The position numbers and the translations under genes were made by a program. From positions 1,426,001 to 1,490,000 of the forward strand of contig CM059433.1 of NCBI GenBank assembly GCA_030390025.1: 64,000 bases of DNA. The letters run 5' to 3'. Below, in pieces: positions 26,733 to 38,290 of this stretch (position 1 is the first letter of the stretch; every line of letters begins with the position of its first letter). The notes beneath the pieces were generated by a model, which worked only from the letters and a program-made list of their open reading frames with translations, did no database searches and had not been told where the DNA came from. Origin of the DNA: Squalus acanthias. Its lineage: Eukaryota.

Positions 26733-27399
26733 ATAGTGATCATAAGCAGAATCCCAGCTGATTTATTTTCCCTCTTTTAAACCCATGGATGACAATCCCA
26801 ATTGCAGCACTCCTATTTCCATCCCCTTTGAGAAAAGCAAATCAAACACAGACAGGATGGGACCTTGTACTCTCCAGGACAATATAGCTCCACAGGATGC
26901 CTCCTCATACATTTACTCATGAAACCATCAGGGTGTTACATCCCTTCAACCGTCAATCCTGAGTATCCTCGTTTCATATGCTAACGAATTTCATTGTCAT
27001 GTTTTTGCCATTGGCTTTGTTCTGATTAATGTTTACTTCACTTTACAAGTATTCCAAATTAGGCATTGTTACAAACAAATAATGTTTGAAAGTAGGACTA
27101 GTAAAATGAATGCCAAATAAATAAAATGAACTCTGAACTATTTATATTTATCCCTCAACCAAGATAACAAAAACAGATTGTCTGGTCATTATCACATCGC
27201 TGTTTGTGGGACCTTGCTGTGCGCAAATTGGCTGCCGCGTTTCCCACATTACAACAGTGACTCCACTTCAAAAAGTACTCCATTGGCTGTAAAGCGCTTT
27301 GAGATGTCCGGTGGTTGTGAAAGGCGCTATATAAATGCAAGTCTTGCTGTCTTTTACTAATATGGTGAGATTCCCCCTCCACTCCGCCCCCCGTCCCGC

Positions 27400-30047
27400 C
27401 TCAGAGCAATTTTCTCACATTCGTGTTTTCAGACCCTGTTTCCATCCTGCCTCCACGAGGCGGGATAGGCCCTGAAGGCCCTTAACAACCACTTAATTGC
27501 CTCTATTATCCCATTTTGAGAGGCCTTTCTGATTTTTAGACATTTCCCCCATCCTACACGCCTCCTCTGGAACACGCCAGGTAATCCTGGTGGCCTCACA
27601 ATTGGATTGCTTAGTAACAGCTGCAGCTCCACCATTAAAAAGGAATTTTCAGCAATCATCATTTGCAGGTGGCAGAACTTTATTGTCTCAGGTCTGGGGG
27701 AACTTTTAGCAGGCCTACTCATTGTTGTGGAAGTTTGGAGCCTGACACCCATCTCCAGTGTGACCTCCTGGGAAACCCCTCTCCCCACCTTGACTGAGCG
27801 CTTCCTCCTGGACATCCGATTCGGACGAAGACCAGCCCAGCAGCAGCAGACCCATGAGCGACAGCAGCAGCAACAACAGGAGCAACAACAGGAGCGCCAA
27901 GCTGCTGCTCACCAACCTGAAGCTGCACAGGCCAGAAGGCGCCAGCGAGCGACCACATTGCTGCCCGGGATGCAAGGGACGCACTCATGTTGGCCAGATT
28001 TGCTTAGCCTGCACAATCAAACACTTTTGCCTCGCACCTTCTTACCAGAGCATCGACAATGGACAAGAACCTGCGGATTCCTCTCACTCTGACCACCATA
28101 CTGACAATTGCAAGTCGCCCTAAGCCCTCAACTAAGGCCACAACTTCAACAGTTTGCCATCAAATCTGTTTATGATACCATGACAAGGATGGCTGGTCAA
28201 AAAACAATACATCACAACACCCAAGTGACTACCCTTGTGACTACTTGTGCTTTATCTTCCTCTTACGCATGCGCCTATGTGGTGCTTGCCCTGTGGCTTC
28301 AGCAGATGTGGAGACCCCTTGCTCACTTTCTTGCTGCTCCTGACTCGACACCTTTGGCGGGCGTCCTCTGGGGTTGCGAACCTGTGAGGGCTCGGCAACA
28401 GTCTGCTGCTCCTGCGGCTGTGCAGGGGCTGAGACGTACATCTTAATTGGGTGAGGACGCTGACTGAGGGCTTTGCAGTGGCATGGTCGTGTGAGTGCTT
28501 GGAGAGGAGCCCCCACTTCCTTGTTGTCTGCCACCAACATCCCTCTCATGGGTCAGCCCCACTTCAGAGCTAGCAAGTGGCTTGACAGCACCTTGCTGCA
28601 CTGCAGGGGGGCCATGAGGACCCGTTTCTGCACTGGAAGTCCTACTCCAGAGGACTTCCATGAAGGTCTGGTTTGTATGCTCAATAGCTGACCATCGCTC
28701 CTCAAGAGATGTCAGTCTATTCTGAACAATGACCATGTTTTCAAGACCCTGGTGATTAAGCTCCTCCATGGCCGTAGCCATCCTCTCCTCTACGGTAGCC
28801 AGCCTTACCACGGAGGTTGCCATCCTTTCCGCGGTGATGCGTTCATGCGCCAATGCCTTCACAAAGGCTCTGCTCATGTTCGCGATGGACCCCTCCATTC
28901 GCTCCACACTCGCAGCGACCCTGGAGACAAAACCTGCCAGAGACTCCTGCACCTGTTCCTAGAGCTCCAGCACCGCTCTCCTTCTGGATGGACCCGGAGG
29001 CACAGGGTCGACATGCAGCTGAGCCGAGCTGGCAGAGTTCTGCGCCCTCCGATGAGGACTCTTCACTGCTGTCTCTGTCTCCACCATCTGCTGATACTCA
29101 CTTGTGAGCTGTGATACACCAGGTGACAACACTACTCTCTCGCGAAGGTCCCATCGATGTGTGAGTGTCTGCGCTGGTGCTGGGTGCGCTTAATTCTGCT
29201 GACGCTGCGCCCTCAGAGGTTGCAGCTTCCTCTGAGGAGTCTGGAGGCTCAGGCTGTTCCTCCTGGACAGTGGGGACGGGGCTTTCGATGGTCCTGTGGA
29301 GGAGTAAAGGAAAGAGTTAGAGATGTGAGGTCAAGGTTACATGCACATTGAATAGTGCAGATGATCATAAGTTAATCTGTTAGAGCATCAGAATCATTAT
29401 CACATCATGCAATGTCAATGAGAGAAATGCCAAACTAGTCTGTCACCAGCTTGCTGTGATGCGCCTGTCTGTCCGTCCCCCACTTGGGAATCGTCCTCGA
29501 TTGAGGGTGATGGGAAAGTGATACTCACTTTTCCTGTGTGGAGAAGGTCATGAAACCTCTTCCTGCATTGCAGCCAGGTTCTGCGGCTCATCGAGATGGA
29601 GCTGACCTCCTGGGCCACTTGCAGCCACACAGCTTTAGTCTGCTGGGGTGGCTTTTTTCTCCCTGAAGAACGGAAGAGCACCTCCTTATTGGATCTTGCT
29701 CCCTGCACCAGAGCTTGGAGGGAGGGCTCATCGAAGCGTGGAGCACACTTTGGCCTACTGGTGGACATAGTCGATCAATGAAGTACTTACTACAATGGCC
29801 ATAAAGTTTGCAGTCTCCAGAAGAAGCAAGGCTGCTTGCAGGCCTTAAATCCAGCAGCATTGATGATGTCATCAGAGGCGACTTTCTGGATGAAAAGACT
29901 CATTGGGCTAGGGGTTCCCACACGCTGGAAATCAAGTGCCCAATTAGGGGAAAACGCACTTTTTCCCCACTTCACTTCGGAGTCGGGGTCCTGACACGAT
30001 TCCCACCTGACACGCCCCAGCCCGCCCACACTGGCAAAATCCAGCCC
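27400..30047. mobile_element. Harbinger derivative: Myb/SANT gene (-) convergent with a transposase remnant (+)
   Basis: Right TIR AAAATCCAGCCC at 30036-30047; left end not resolved. Confidence 0.75.
28241..29768 (-). pseudogene. Harbinger Myb/SANT-like (MSANTD-type) gene, frameshifted
   Basis: APRFDEPSLQALV...VLF...W.QVA.EV...RTWLQCRKRFHDL followed by a GTGAGT donor at 29528; coiled-coil-like segment; PRGRP; RKRK. Confidence 0.82.
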
Positions 30048-31073
30048 AAAGGGTCTTACTCTGAACAAATGTGGGCTATCTGAGTCCAGTTCCTGGGCTG
30101 TTTGAGTTCAGAGCAAAAAAACTGCCCCGATTGGAAATTAATTGGACTAACTTTATGAGGGTAGTGTGGTTGATATTGTGTATATGGCGTTTAATAAAGC
30201 ACCACATAATGAACTTGTTACCAAATTGAAGCCTGTGTGACTGTGGCTGCATGGATACGAAATTGGCCAAGAGACAGAAAGCAGAGAGTAGTGGTGAGCG
30301 GTTGATTTTCAGACTGGAGGGAAATATGCAGTGGTGTCCTCCAGGGGTCGGTGTTGGGAACACTGCTCTTTTTGAGATATATTAATGACCTGGACTTGGG
30401 TATACAGGGCATCATTTCAAAGTTTGCCGATGACACGAAACTCGGACTGGTGAAATGGGCAGGCACTTGGCAGATGAAATTTAATGCAGCGAAGTGTGAA
30501 GTGATATATTTTGGCAGGAAGAATGAGGAGAGGCAATATAAATAAAGGGTGCAATTTTAAAGGGGGTGCAGGAGCAGAGACCTGGGGGTGAACGTACACA
30601 AGTCTTTGAAGGTGGCAGGTCAAGTTGAGAAGGCTTTTAAAAAAGCGTATGGGATCCTTGGCTTTATAAATAGAGGTCATGATGCCAACACACCCGGACG
30701 TCCTATCGTATCAGGCAACGGAACCCTGTGTGAGAACCTCTCTGGATACGTCGAGGGCATTCTGAAACCCATCGTACAGGGAACCCCCAGCTTCTGTCGC
30801 GACACTACAGACTTCTTACAGAAACTCAGCACCCACGGACCAGTTGAACCAGGAACACTCCTCGCCACGATGGACGTATCGTCACTCTACACCAGCATCC
30901 CCCATGATGACGGCATCGCTGCGACAGCCTCAGTACTCAACACCAACAACAGCCAATCTCCAGACGCCATCCTACAACTCATCCGCTTCATCCTTGACCA
31001 CAATGTCTTCACCTTCGACAACCATTTTTTTACCCAAACACACGGAACAGCCATGGGGACCAAATTCGCACCA

Positions 31074-31507
31074 GGGCAACACGGTGGCATAGTGGTTAGC
31101 ACTGGTGCCTCACAGCGCCAGAGACCCGGGTTCGAATCTGACCTCGGGTGACTGTCTGTGTGGAGTTTGCACATTCTCCCCGTGTCTGCGTGGGTTTCCT
31201 CCGGGTGCTCCGGTTTCCTCCCACAGTCCAAAAATGTGTGGGTTAGGTTGATTTGGCTATGATAAATTGACCCTTAGTGTTAGGGGGGATTAAATATGTG
31301 GGGTTATGGGGATAGGATGGGATATGTTAGGGGGAATTAAATACGTGGGGTTACGGGGGTAGGGTGGGATATGTGTACTGTGGGGATTAAAGCAGGGACA
31401 GGGTACTGGATTTGGATGATCAGCCATGATCATATTGAATGGCGGAGCAGGCTCGACGGGCCGAATGGCCTACTCCTGCTCCTAGATTCTATGTTTCTAT
31501 GTTTCTA
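31074..31507 (+). mobile_element. HE1-like V-SINE inserted in the PLE RT
   Basis: A/B boxes; V-domain GTGGAGTTTGCACATTCTCCCCGTG...; CR1-type tail. Confidence 0.92.
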
Positions 31508-32902
31508 TACATCGACGACATTTTCTTCCTTTGGACCCATGGCGAAGGATCACTGAAAAGACTACACGATAACATAAACAAGTTCCATCCCACCATCAAA
31601 CTCACCATGGACTACTCCTCAGAATCGGTTTCATTCCTGGACACACGAATCTCCATCAAAGACGGACACCTCAGCACTTCACTCTACCGCAAGCCCACGG
31701 ACAACCTCACGATGCTCCACTTCTCCAGCTTCCACCCTAACCACGTTAAAGAAGCCATCCCCTATGGACAAGCCCTGCGAATACACAGGATCTGCTCAGA
31801 CGAGGAGGAACGCGATGGACACCTACGGACGCTGAAAAACGCCCTCGTAAGAACGGGATATGACGCTCGACTCATCGATCGACAGTTCCGACGGGCCACA
31901 GCGAAAAATCGCATAGACCTCCTTAGAAGGCAAACACGGGACACAACCAACAGGGTACCCTACGTCGTCCAGTACTTCCCCGGAGCGGAGAAACTACGCC
32001 ATGTTCTTCGCAGCCTTCAACATGTCATCGATGACGACAAACACCTCGCTAAGGCCATCCCCACGCCTCCACTACTTGCCTTCAAACAGCCGCCTAACCT
32101 CAGAAGTACCATCGTTCACAGCAAATTACCCAGCTTTCAGGATAACAGCGACCACGACACCACACAACCCTGCCACGGCAAACTCTGCAAGACATGCCAG
32201 ATCATCAACACAGATACCATCATCACACGTGAGGACACTACCCACCAGTTACATGGTACATACTCATGTGACTCGGCCAATGTTGTCTACCTCATACGTT
32301 GCAGGAAAGAATGCACCGCGGCATGGTACATCGGCGCGACCATGCAGACACTGAGACAACGTATGAACGAGCACCGCGCAACAATCGCCAGGCAGGATTG
32401 TTACCTCCCAGTCGGGGAACACTTCAGCAGTCAAGGACATTCAGCCTCGGATCTGCGGGTAAGCGTTCTCCAAGGCGGCCTTAGGAAAACACGACAACGC
32501 AAAATCATCGAGCAGAAACTGATAGCCAAGTTCCGCACTCATGAAGACGGTCTCAACCGGGATCTTGGGTTTATGTCACGATACATGACGTGATCCGGAC
32601 TCGAGTCGTCGTTGGCTTGTTCACAGATGTGATTCCCAGTAAAAAAGTAAAAATTTTAAAGTTAATCGTTTTACATGCAGACGGCAGCTTTTGACACGTT
32701 AGACCCCATGCGACTCCACCTCATTGTCTCAGTTGTATCTTGCTATGTCTTTGATGTGGTACCTTCCTGGCTGACCTGATTAACTTTATCACACCTCGGC
32801 AGATAAACAGTCAGGATGATTGAATTTAGTTGTCTGCAATTGTAAGTTACACATGCATTGTTCTCTATCTATATATGCTTTGACGATTCTGTATCTCCTC
32901 AC

Positions 32903-32942
32903 TTCACCCGACGAAGGAGTTGTAACTCCGAAAGCTTGTGAA
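32903..32942 (+). ncRNA. Hammerhead ribozyme motif with a U4-to-C core mutation (probably inactive)
   Basis: UUCAC-CCGACGA-A-GGAGU(UGUA)ACUCC-GAAA-GCU-U-GUGAA. Confidence 0.7.
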
Positions 32943-33450
32943 TTAAAATAAAACTGTTGGACTATAACCTGGTGTTGTGCGACCTCTCAATTTTATAAAT
33001 AGAGGCATAGAGTACAAAAGCAAGGAAGTTATGCTAAACCTGCATAAAACACTGGTTAGGCCCCAGCTGGAGTATTGTGGCCAATTCTGGGCCCCGCACT
33101 TTAGGAAGCATGTCAAGGCTTCAGAGACGGTGCAGAAGAGATTTACTAAAATGGTACCAGGGATGAAAGACTTCAGTTACGTGGAGAGACTGGAGAAACT
33201 GGGGCTGTTCTCTTTAGAGCAGAGAAGGTTAAGGGGAGATTTGATAGAGGTGTTCAAAATCATGAAGGGTTTTGATAGAGTAAATAAGGAGAAACTGTTA
33301 CTAATGGCAGAAGGGTCGGTAACCAAAGGACACAGATTTAAAATAATTGGCAAAAGAACAAGAGACAACATGAGGAAAACAAAATACACAGCGAGTTGTT
33401 ATGATCTGGAATACACTGCCTGAAAGGGCGGAGGTAGCAGATTCAATAAT

Positions 33451-34214
33451 GGCCCAAAAATTCGGCCGAATACGGGAGAGTACGCACTGTGTACTCACCC
33501 GTATTCGGTCCCAAAGTGCCGGTTTTCTGCATGCACTGCGCATGCGCGGGAAACCGGCACTTCCGGTATGGCGAAGGGGGCGGTTCCTAGGTGAACCGCG
33601 TGCGCACTACAGGCTGTGCGCACGCAGCACACTTAGGTTTTTTTTCAGGTTTAACGCGAGGGTAAGTATGGAAGATTTTACACATGAAGAAAGGAGGCGT
33701 AAGACCCCCTTTTGAACAAGGTAAGTAGTTAATTAAGTATAATTTTTTAATTTTTTTCAACAGGTTTATCTTTTTTAGAGACTTTAAAGAAAGGTAAGTT
33801 TATTTTTATAACTTTTAACATTATTTTTAATTTTTTCAAAAATTTTAATTTTTGTTTAAAGTGGTTAATTTATTTAATTATAGTTATTTTATAAATGTGA
33901 TGTTTTTTTTTTAATTTATTTTAAGTTTAGCTGTTCTTTTGGGGTCTCTTTCAATTCACAGATTTGACAGGTCTCCTGTCAAATCTATGAATGAAAGATG
34001 GTCTGCTGCCATTGGCTCTCCATGGCCCACGTGATCCCAGAGGTCGCATCGCACTAACTGCGCCCCTGGGACACGCACACACTGCGCGCCGGCACCAGGG
34101 AGAGGCCCAGGACCCGAAGTTCCTGTGGGCCCAAAACACAACGGCCGGCGCGGAGTGTGATATCACGCGCGATCCTTACCCCCGCGGCAAGCCTCCGAGT
34201 CAAATTTCTGGGCC
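33451..34214. mobile_element. Harbinger-like MITE with CpG-rich arms and an AT-rich core
   Basis: TIR GGCCCAAAAATT / AATTTCTGGGCC; 3-bp TSD AAT; removal restores the CR1 sequence. Confidence 0.88.
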
Positions 34215-35001
34215 AATAACTCTCAAAAGGAAATTGGATAGATACCTGAAGGGGGGGATGATTGCAGGGCTCTGGGGAAAGAGCAGGGGGAGTGGGACTA
34301 ATTGGAGAGCTCTTTCAAAGAGCCGGCACTGGCATGTTGGGCTGAACAGCCTCCTGCTGAGCTTTATCATTCTATGATTCGATTAGTCTCAAGACACACA
34401 GCTGTAAAAAGAAGTACTGAAAAATTGAGAAGATAGAGTTGAATGTTGGAGGAGGGCAGTCAAGAGATTGCAGCAATGGAACCAGAGGAAGATTGCAGCT
34501 TTACAGCCAGATATAATCAGGGTAGAACCAACAATATTAGCCAGGGTAGAGTCAGTGGAGGGGGAACATAGAACCAGAACATGACAGAGATAGAGAGAAG
34601 GAAAGAGTTCACAGATTCCAAAGATATAGCTTGGAGATAGAGATTGTACAGCAAGAACCAGGAATAGCACAATATGAGTCAGGATATTAAAGATTCTTTC
34701 AAAAACATCGGAGAAAAATAATCATGAGCGCAGAAAGAGATGTTACATATTCAAAAATTAGCGAGAGAGAATCAATAGGATCCACAGAGACAGGCCTCAA
34801 TAGGCTAGAACGTGCTCAACTTGTTTATTTTGAATGTATAGCTAATCTTCAGCAGGCCTTGAACCCTTTAATTTGATTTTGAAAATGAATGATGATAAAG
34901 TAATGCCTTAACATTAAATCTTTCCTCCACAAGCTACCCATATGATTCACTAAAGTTAACAATCTGGTTCAAGTGCCTTATGATCAGGCTTTTTGCCCTT
35001 G

Positions 35002-35441
35002 TGTCAGCTGTGGCTCAGTGGGTAGCACTCTCTACTTCTGAGTCAAAAGGATTGTGGGTTCAAATCCCACTCCACTGAGACTTGAACACCTAATTTAGGC
35101 TGACACTCCAATACAGTCCTGTCAGAGATAGTCTTTCAGATGAACTAGTAAACTGAGGTCCTGCCTGCTCTCTCAAATGGATGTAAAAGATCCACAGCAC
35201 TATTTTGAAGAAGAGCAGATGAGTTTTCCCTGGTGTCCTAGCCAATATTTATCTCTCAACCAACACCTCAATAAAACCCCAGATTATCTGGCCATTATCG
35301 TATTGCTATTTTTGGGACCTTCCTGTGGGCAAATTGGCTGCTGCGTTTCCTACATTACAACACTTCAAAAAAAGTACTTCATTGGCTTTGGGACGTCCTG
35401 AGGTCGTGAAAGCCGTTATATAACTGCAAGACTTTCTTTCT
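35002..35441 (+). mobile_element. SacSINE1/DeuSINE-like SINE
   Basis: Homologous to 19133-19588. Confidence 0.85.
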
Positions 35442-37307
35442 GACTTACAATAATGAGATTCCAATTTAAATATAGGTGACTTCTACACTAGCTTTTACTG
35501 GATGATAAATGTTGAAATATAACAATACGCAGTGAATGAACAGGAAAATACTACGTTAGCTTTTAATAGAAAGGAAAACTATATACGTTTTATGAGGCTA
35601 ATGTACTTCACAGTATTATTCGAAGCCACACTGCCTTTATCTTTTCACATCATCAGTCCCGCATCAGCAGCTGTATTGAGCCCATTTTAAAACCTTGTAG
35701 GTGTCATAAAATGCATAATAGTCTTTCTCTGACTTCGGGAGGACACAGTGAAGTTACATTATTAAACTGCAGCATTTTGATGATGCCAGGTTTGTAGTTG
35801 GGATTGGAATCTATTTATTATACAAGGGAAATGACAGGAGTGGGAGCAGGTTGCTGGAGGTGATTTGGAGAGTGTCTGCCCGTAACCCTGTCCTGAGTGT
35901 TCTTTGAATGAAGAGAAAAAACCAGTGTGGTTTTACTGAGCGACTTGGCTGCCAGCCATTCTTAACAGAAAAGGCAATGAGGGAATTACAAAGCTCCCTA
36001 CCGTCATCGAGTGACAAAAAGAACGATGTATCCTGTGGAAATCTACTCCTGCACTTGACAGAGAAAAAAATGAAGCAGGGTGTTTACTCTTCATGAGGTG
36101 ACAATTCATTTGATGAGAAGTATCGAACTGGTTGTGCGGAATTGTTTTTCCATTGGGATCCAAGGCTTTGATTTACAAATACATTTTGAGGCTCGCTGGG
36201 CACCAAGCTGCTGCAAAGAAAACTTGGGCAGGCTGAAATTAAAACTGCCGGCCATCGAACTATCTGTCATCCGGCTCCAGAATCAGGTCAAAGCTGAAAT
36301 TTTCATTAGAGCCAGACTAAACAACACAATATACAACGCCAACAGGTCTCTTCCCCAAGGGGCATTATTAATTCTCATTGCAACCTAGTTATTGGTTTTG
36401 GTTTCACATTGATTTTGCCATCTGGCTTCACTGCTGCTTGTAAATAGTGCGGGAAATGGTGCACACAGGATGACCAATTGCAAAAACCGTGGTGGAAACA
36501 AAAAGCCATGACATCAAGTGCCTCTCGTGTGGATAAAAGGACAATGCAGTGTACAGCTGTCTCTGGACATCAGAGGTAATTGGAGGAACCAGTGGATGTC
36601 TTTATAAGTGTAACTAGTGGCAATTCTCCATAGGTTTGACAAGGCCTTGTTTGATAAATGCCATTTCCTTTGGCCACTCGGGATGCACGGGTTAATTCAA
36701 TCCAGAGAACTCCATCACTGCCATTTGGTCGTTGTGTGATCTCAGACTCTAAAATGACTTGGGGGTGGGGTAGAGTGGGTGGGGAAGGACCAGGTATCAA
36801 GTATCTCGCTTCATAACGATTGCTGCATCAGAATGCTGGTGGCAATATGACAGCGGTTGAAATGTGCTGCTCCAGCACGATCCAGAAAGCTCTATTTTAA
36901 ATGTAACTCTCTCCCACAAAGTGTTTCTTTTTTCAACATGGATCGCTGCCCTTCTAGTGTTTCAAATCAAGCCAGCAATCTGCTTTCCTCAGTCAGCCCA
37001 TCCCTTTCGAGTCGAATGAGCTGTAGCAGTTAAAGAGGAGCCTTGCCTTTTGAATAATAACACTGAATAATAACGCTTTCACAAAGAATTATGATTAACT
37101 ATAAAATGTCCATGTTCAAACAGTGAATGCTGCAATATGTGGGGTACTGACTGAGGCTCTATTTATGTTGCAGGGCTAACATCAGAGGTAGACATGCCTC
37201 TGGCAAAAGCAACACAACATGAATGAGCAAGCTTTTGTGGTGACTCCTTGCTAGATGTGCAGCACCAAAAAAATATTAATTAGTCCATTTAAACCTATTG
37301 TCAGTGG

Positions 37308-37321
37308 GTTTCCATGGCAAC
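37308..37321. promoter_or_regulatory. RFX X-box consensus match
   Basis: GTTTCCATGGCAAC in repeat-poor sequence; function untested. Confidence 0.4.
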
Positions 37322-38290
37322 AGGCTGGAAATTTGGATAAACAATGGGGTGGAAATGCCTCTGAATTTGTAATATCCTGCTAGTGACATTCCTTCCCTTG
37401 GTCAAGAGGTAAGAAATATATTTTCAACGTAATATACTTTAAATTAAAAATGTGTTTGAACATTCTCTTGCAAGTGCTGCATTCTTTGCTGCAGTAGACA
37501 TAGCAAGTATAGCATCTTAATAATGTAAAAAACCAGTCGGGTGTCAGAGCTGGCCCTTGAATATAGACTCCAGGGCTGACTTTACAGTGGACTGCAAAAC
37601 AAAACCAGCACGAGACATGAGTGGGGAGAGTAGTTGTCCAGATTTGCGCCACTGCATAATGTGCTTTTTGCAACACATCTTTACCACAACATGGACTCAA
37701 TAAAATTTCAAATTTTGTATGAGAATCTCTCCTGTGAAGCACCATGGGACATTTTACTATGTTAAAAGTGCTATCTAAATGCAAGTTGTTGTTGTTATAA
37801 GGTTTGGCCTTAAGCGAGCAGACTCAAGGCTCTGGGCGGCCAAAGCTGCATCTTTGGGAGAAGATACCATTTGTCCAGCTCCAAGCAGATAGTATCACCC
37901 AGAATATCAGCCTCAAATTCAGCAGGGTGACCGTCGCAATGATTAACAGACCTGAGCTGGAATTGCCTTCGGATTTTATCTCACATCATTACTTTCAATT
38001 TTTTTTCCAAAGCGAGACCTCTATGACAATGATTAATTGAGGGTAGACTACTCTCAACAGTTTTTTTTTAATTACTGAAAAAGTAGAAAGGTTGAAATGG
38101 GCCTTTAGGGAATTTGCCAAATTGAAAAGAAATTCTTTCAAATGAAGCACCAAGGAGGTAGGGTGGATGAAACAGTTTAAGCAGGATGTAAAATGATCAT
38201 AAACATTGCAGAATTGGCAGCTCAACCGTTCTATTTGATGTGAACACCAGACTTTTTAAATATCTTACCACATGGATTAAGTCGATGAAT

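Larger units (their letters stand above)
30677..32991 (+). mobile_element. 5'-truncated Penelope-like retroelement (Neptune-like), RT plus GIY-YIG endonuclease
   Basis: PGRPIVS, MDVSSLYTSIP, GTAMG, YIDD, FLD, LYRKPTD; Cys-rich linker; VVYLIRC...YIG; 14-bp TSD TTTATAAATAGAGG at 30663-30676 and 32992-33005. Confidence 0.95.
30100..34380 (+). mobile_element. Old CR1 LINE split by a Penelope element (30677-32991) and a MITE (33451-34214)
   Basis: FADD at ~30425; GILGFINRG|IEYKSKEV continuity across the PLE; 3' tail resumes at 34215. Confidence 0.88.
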
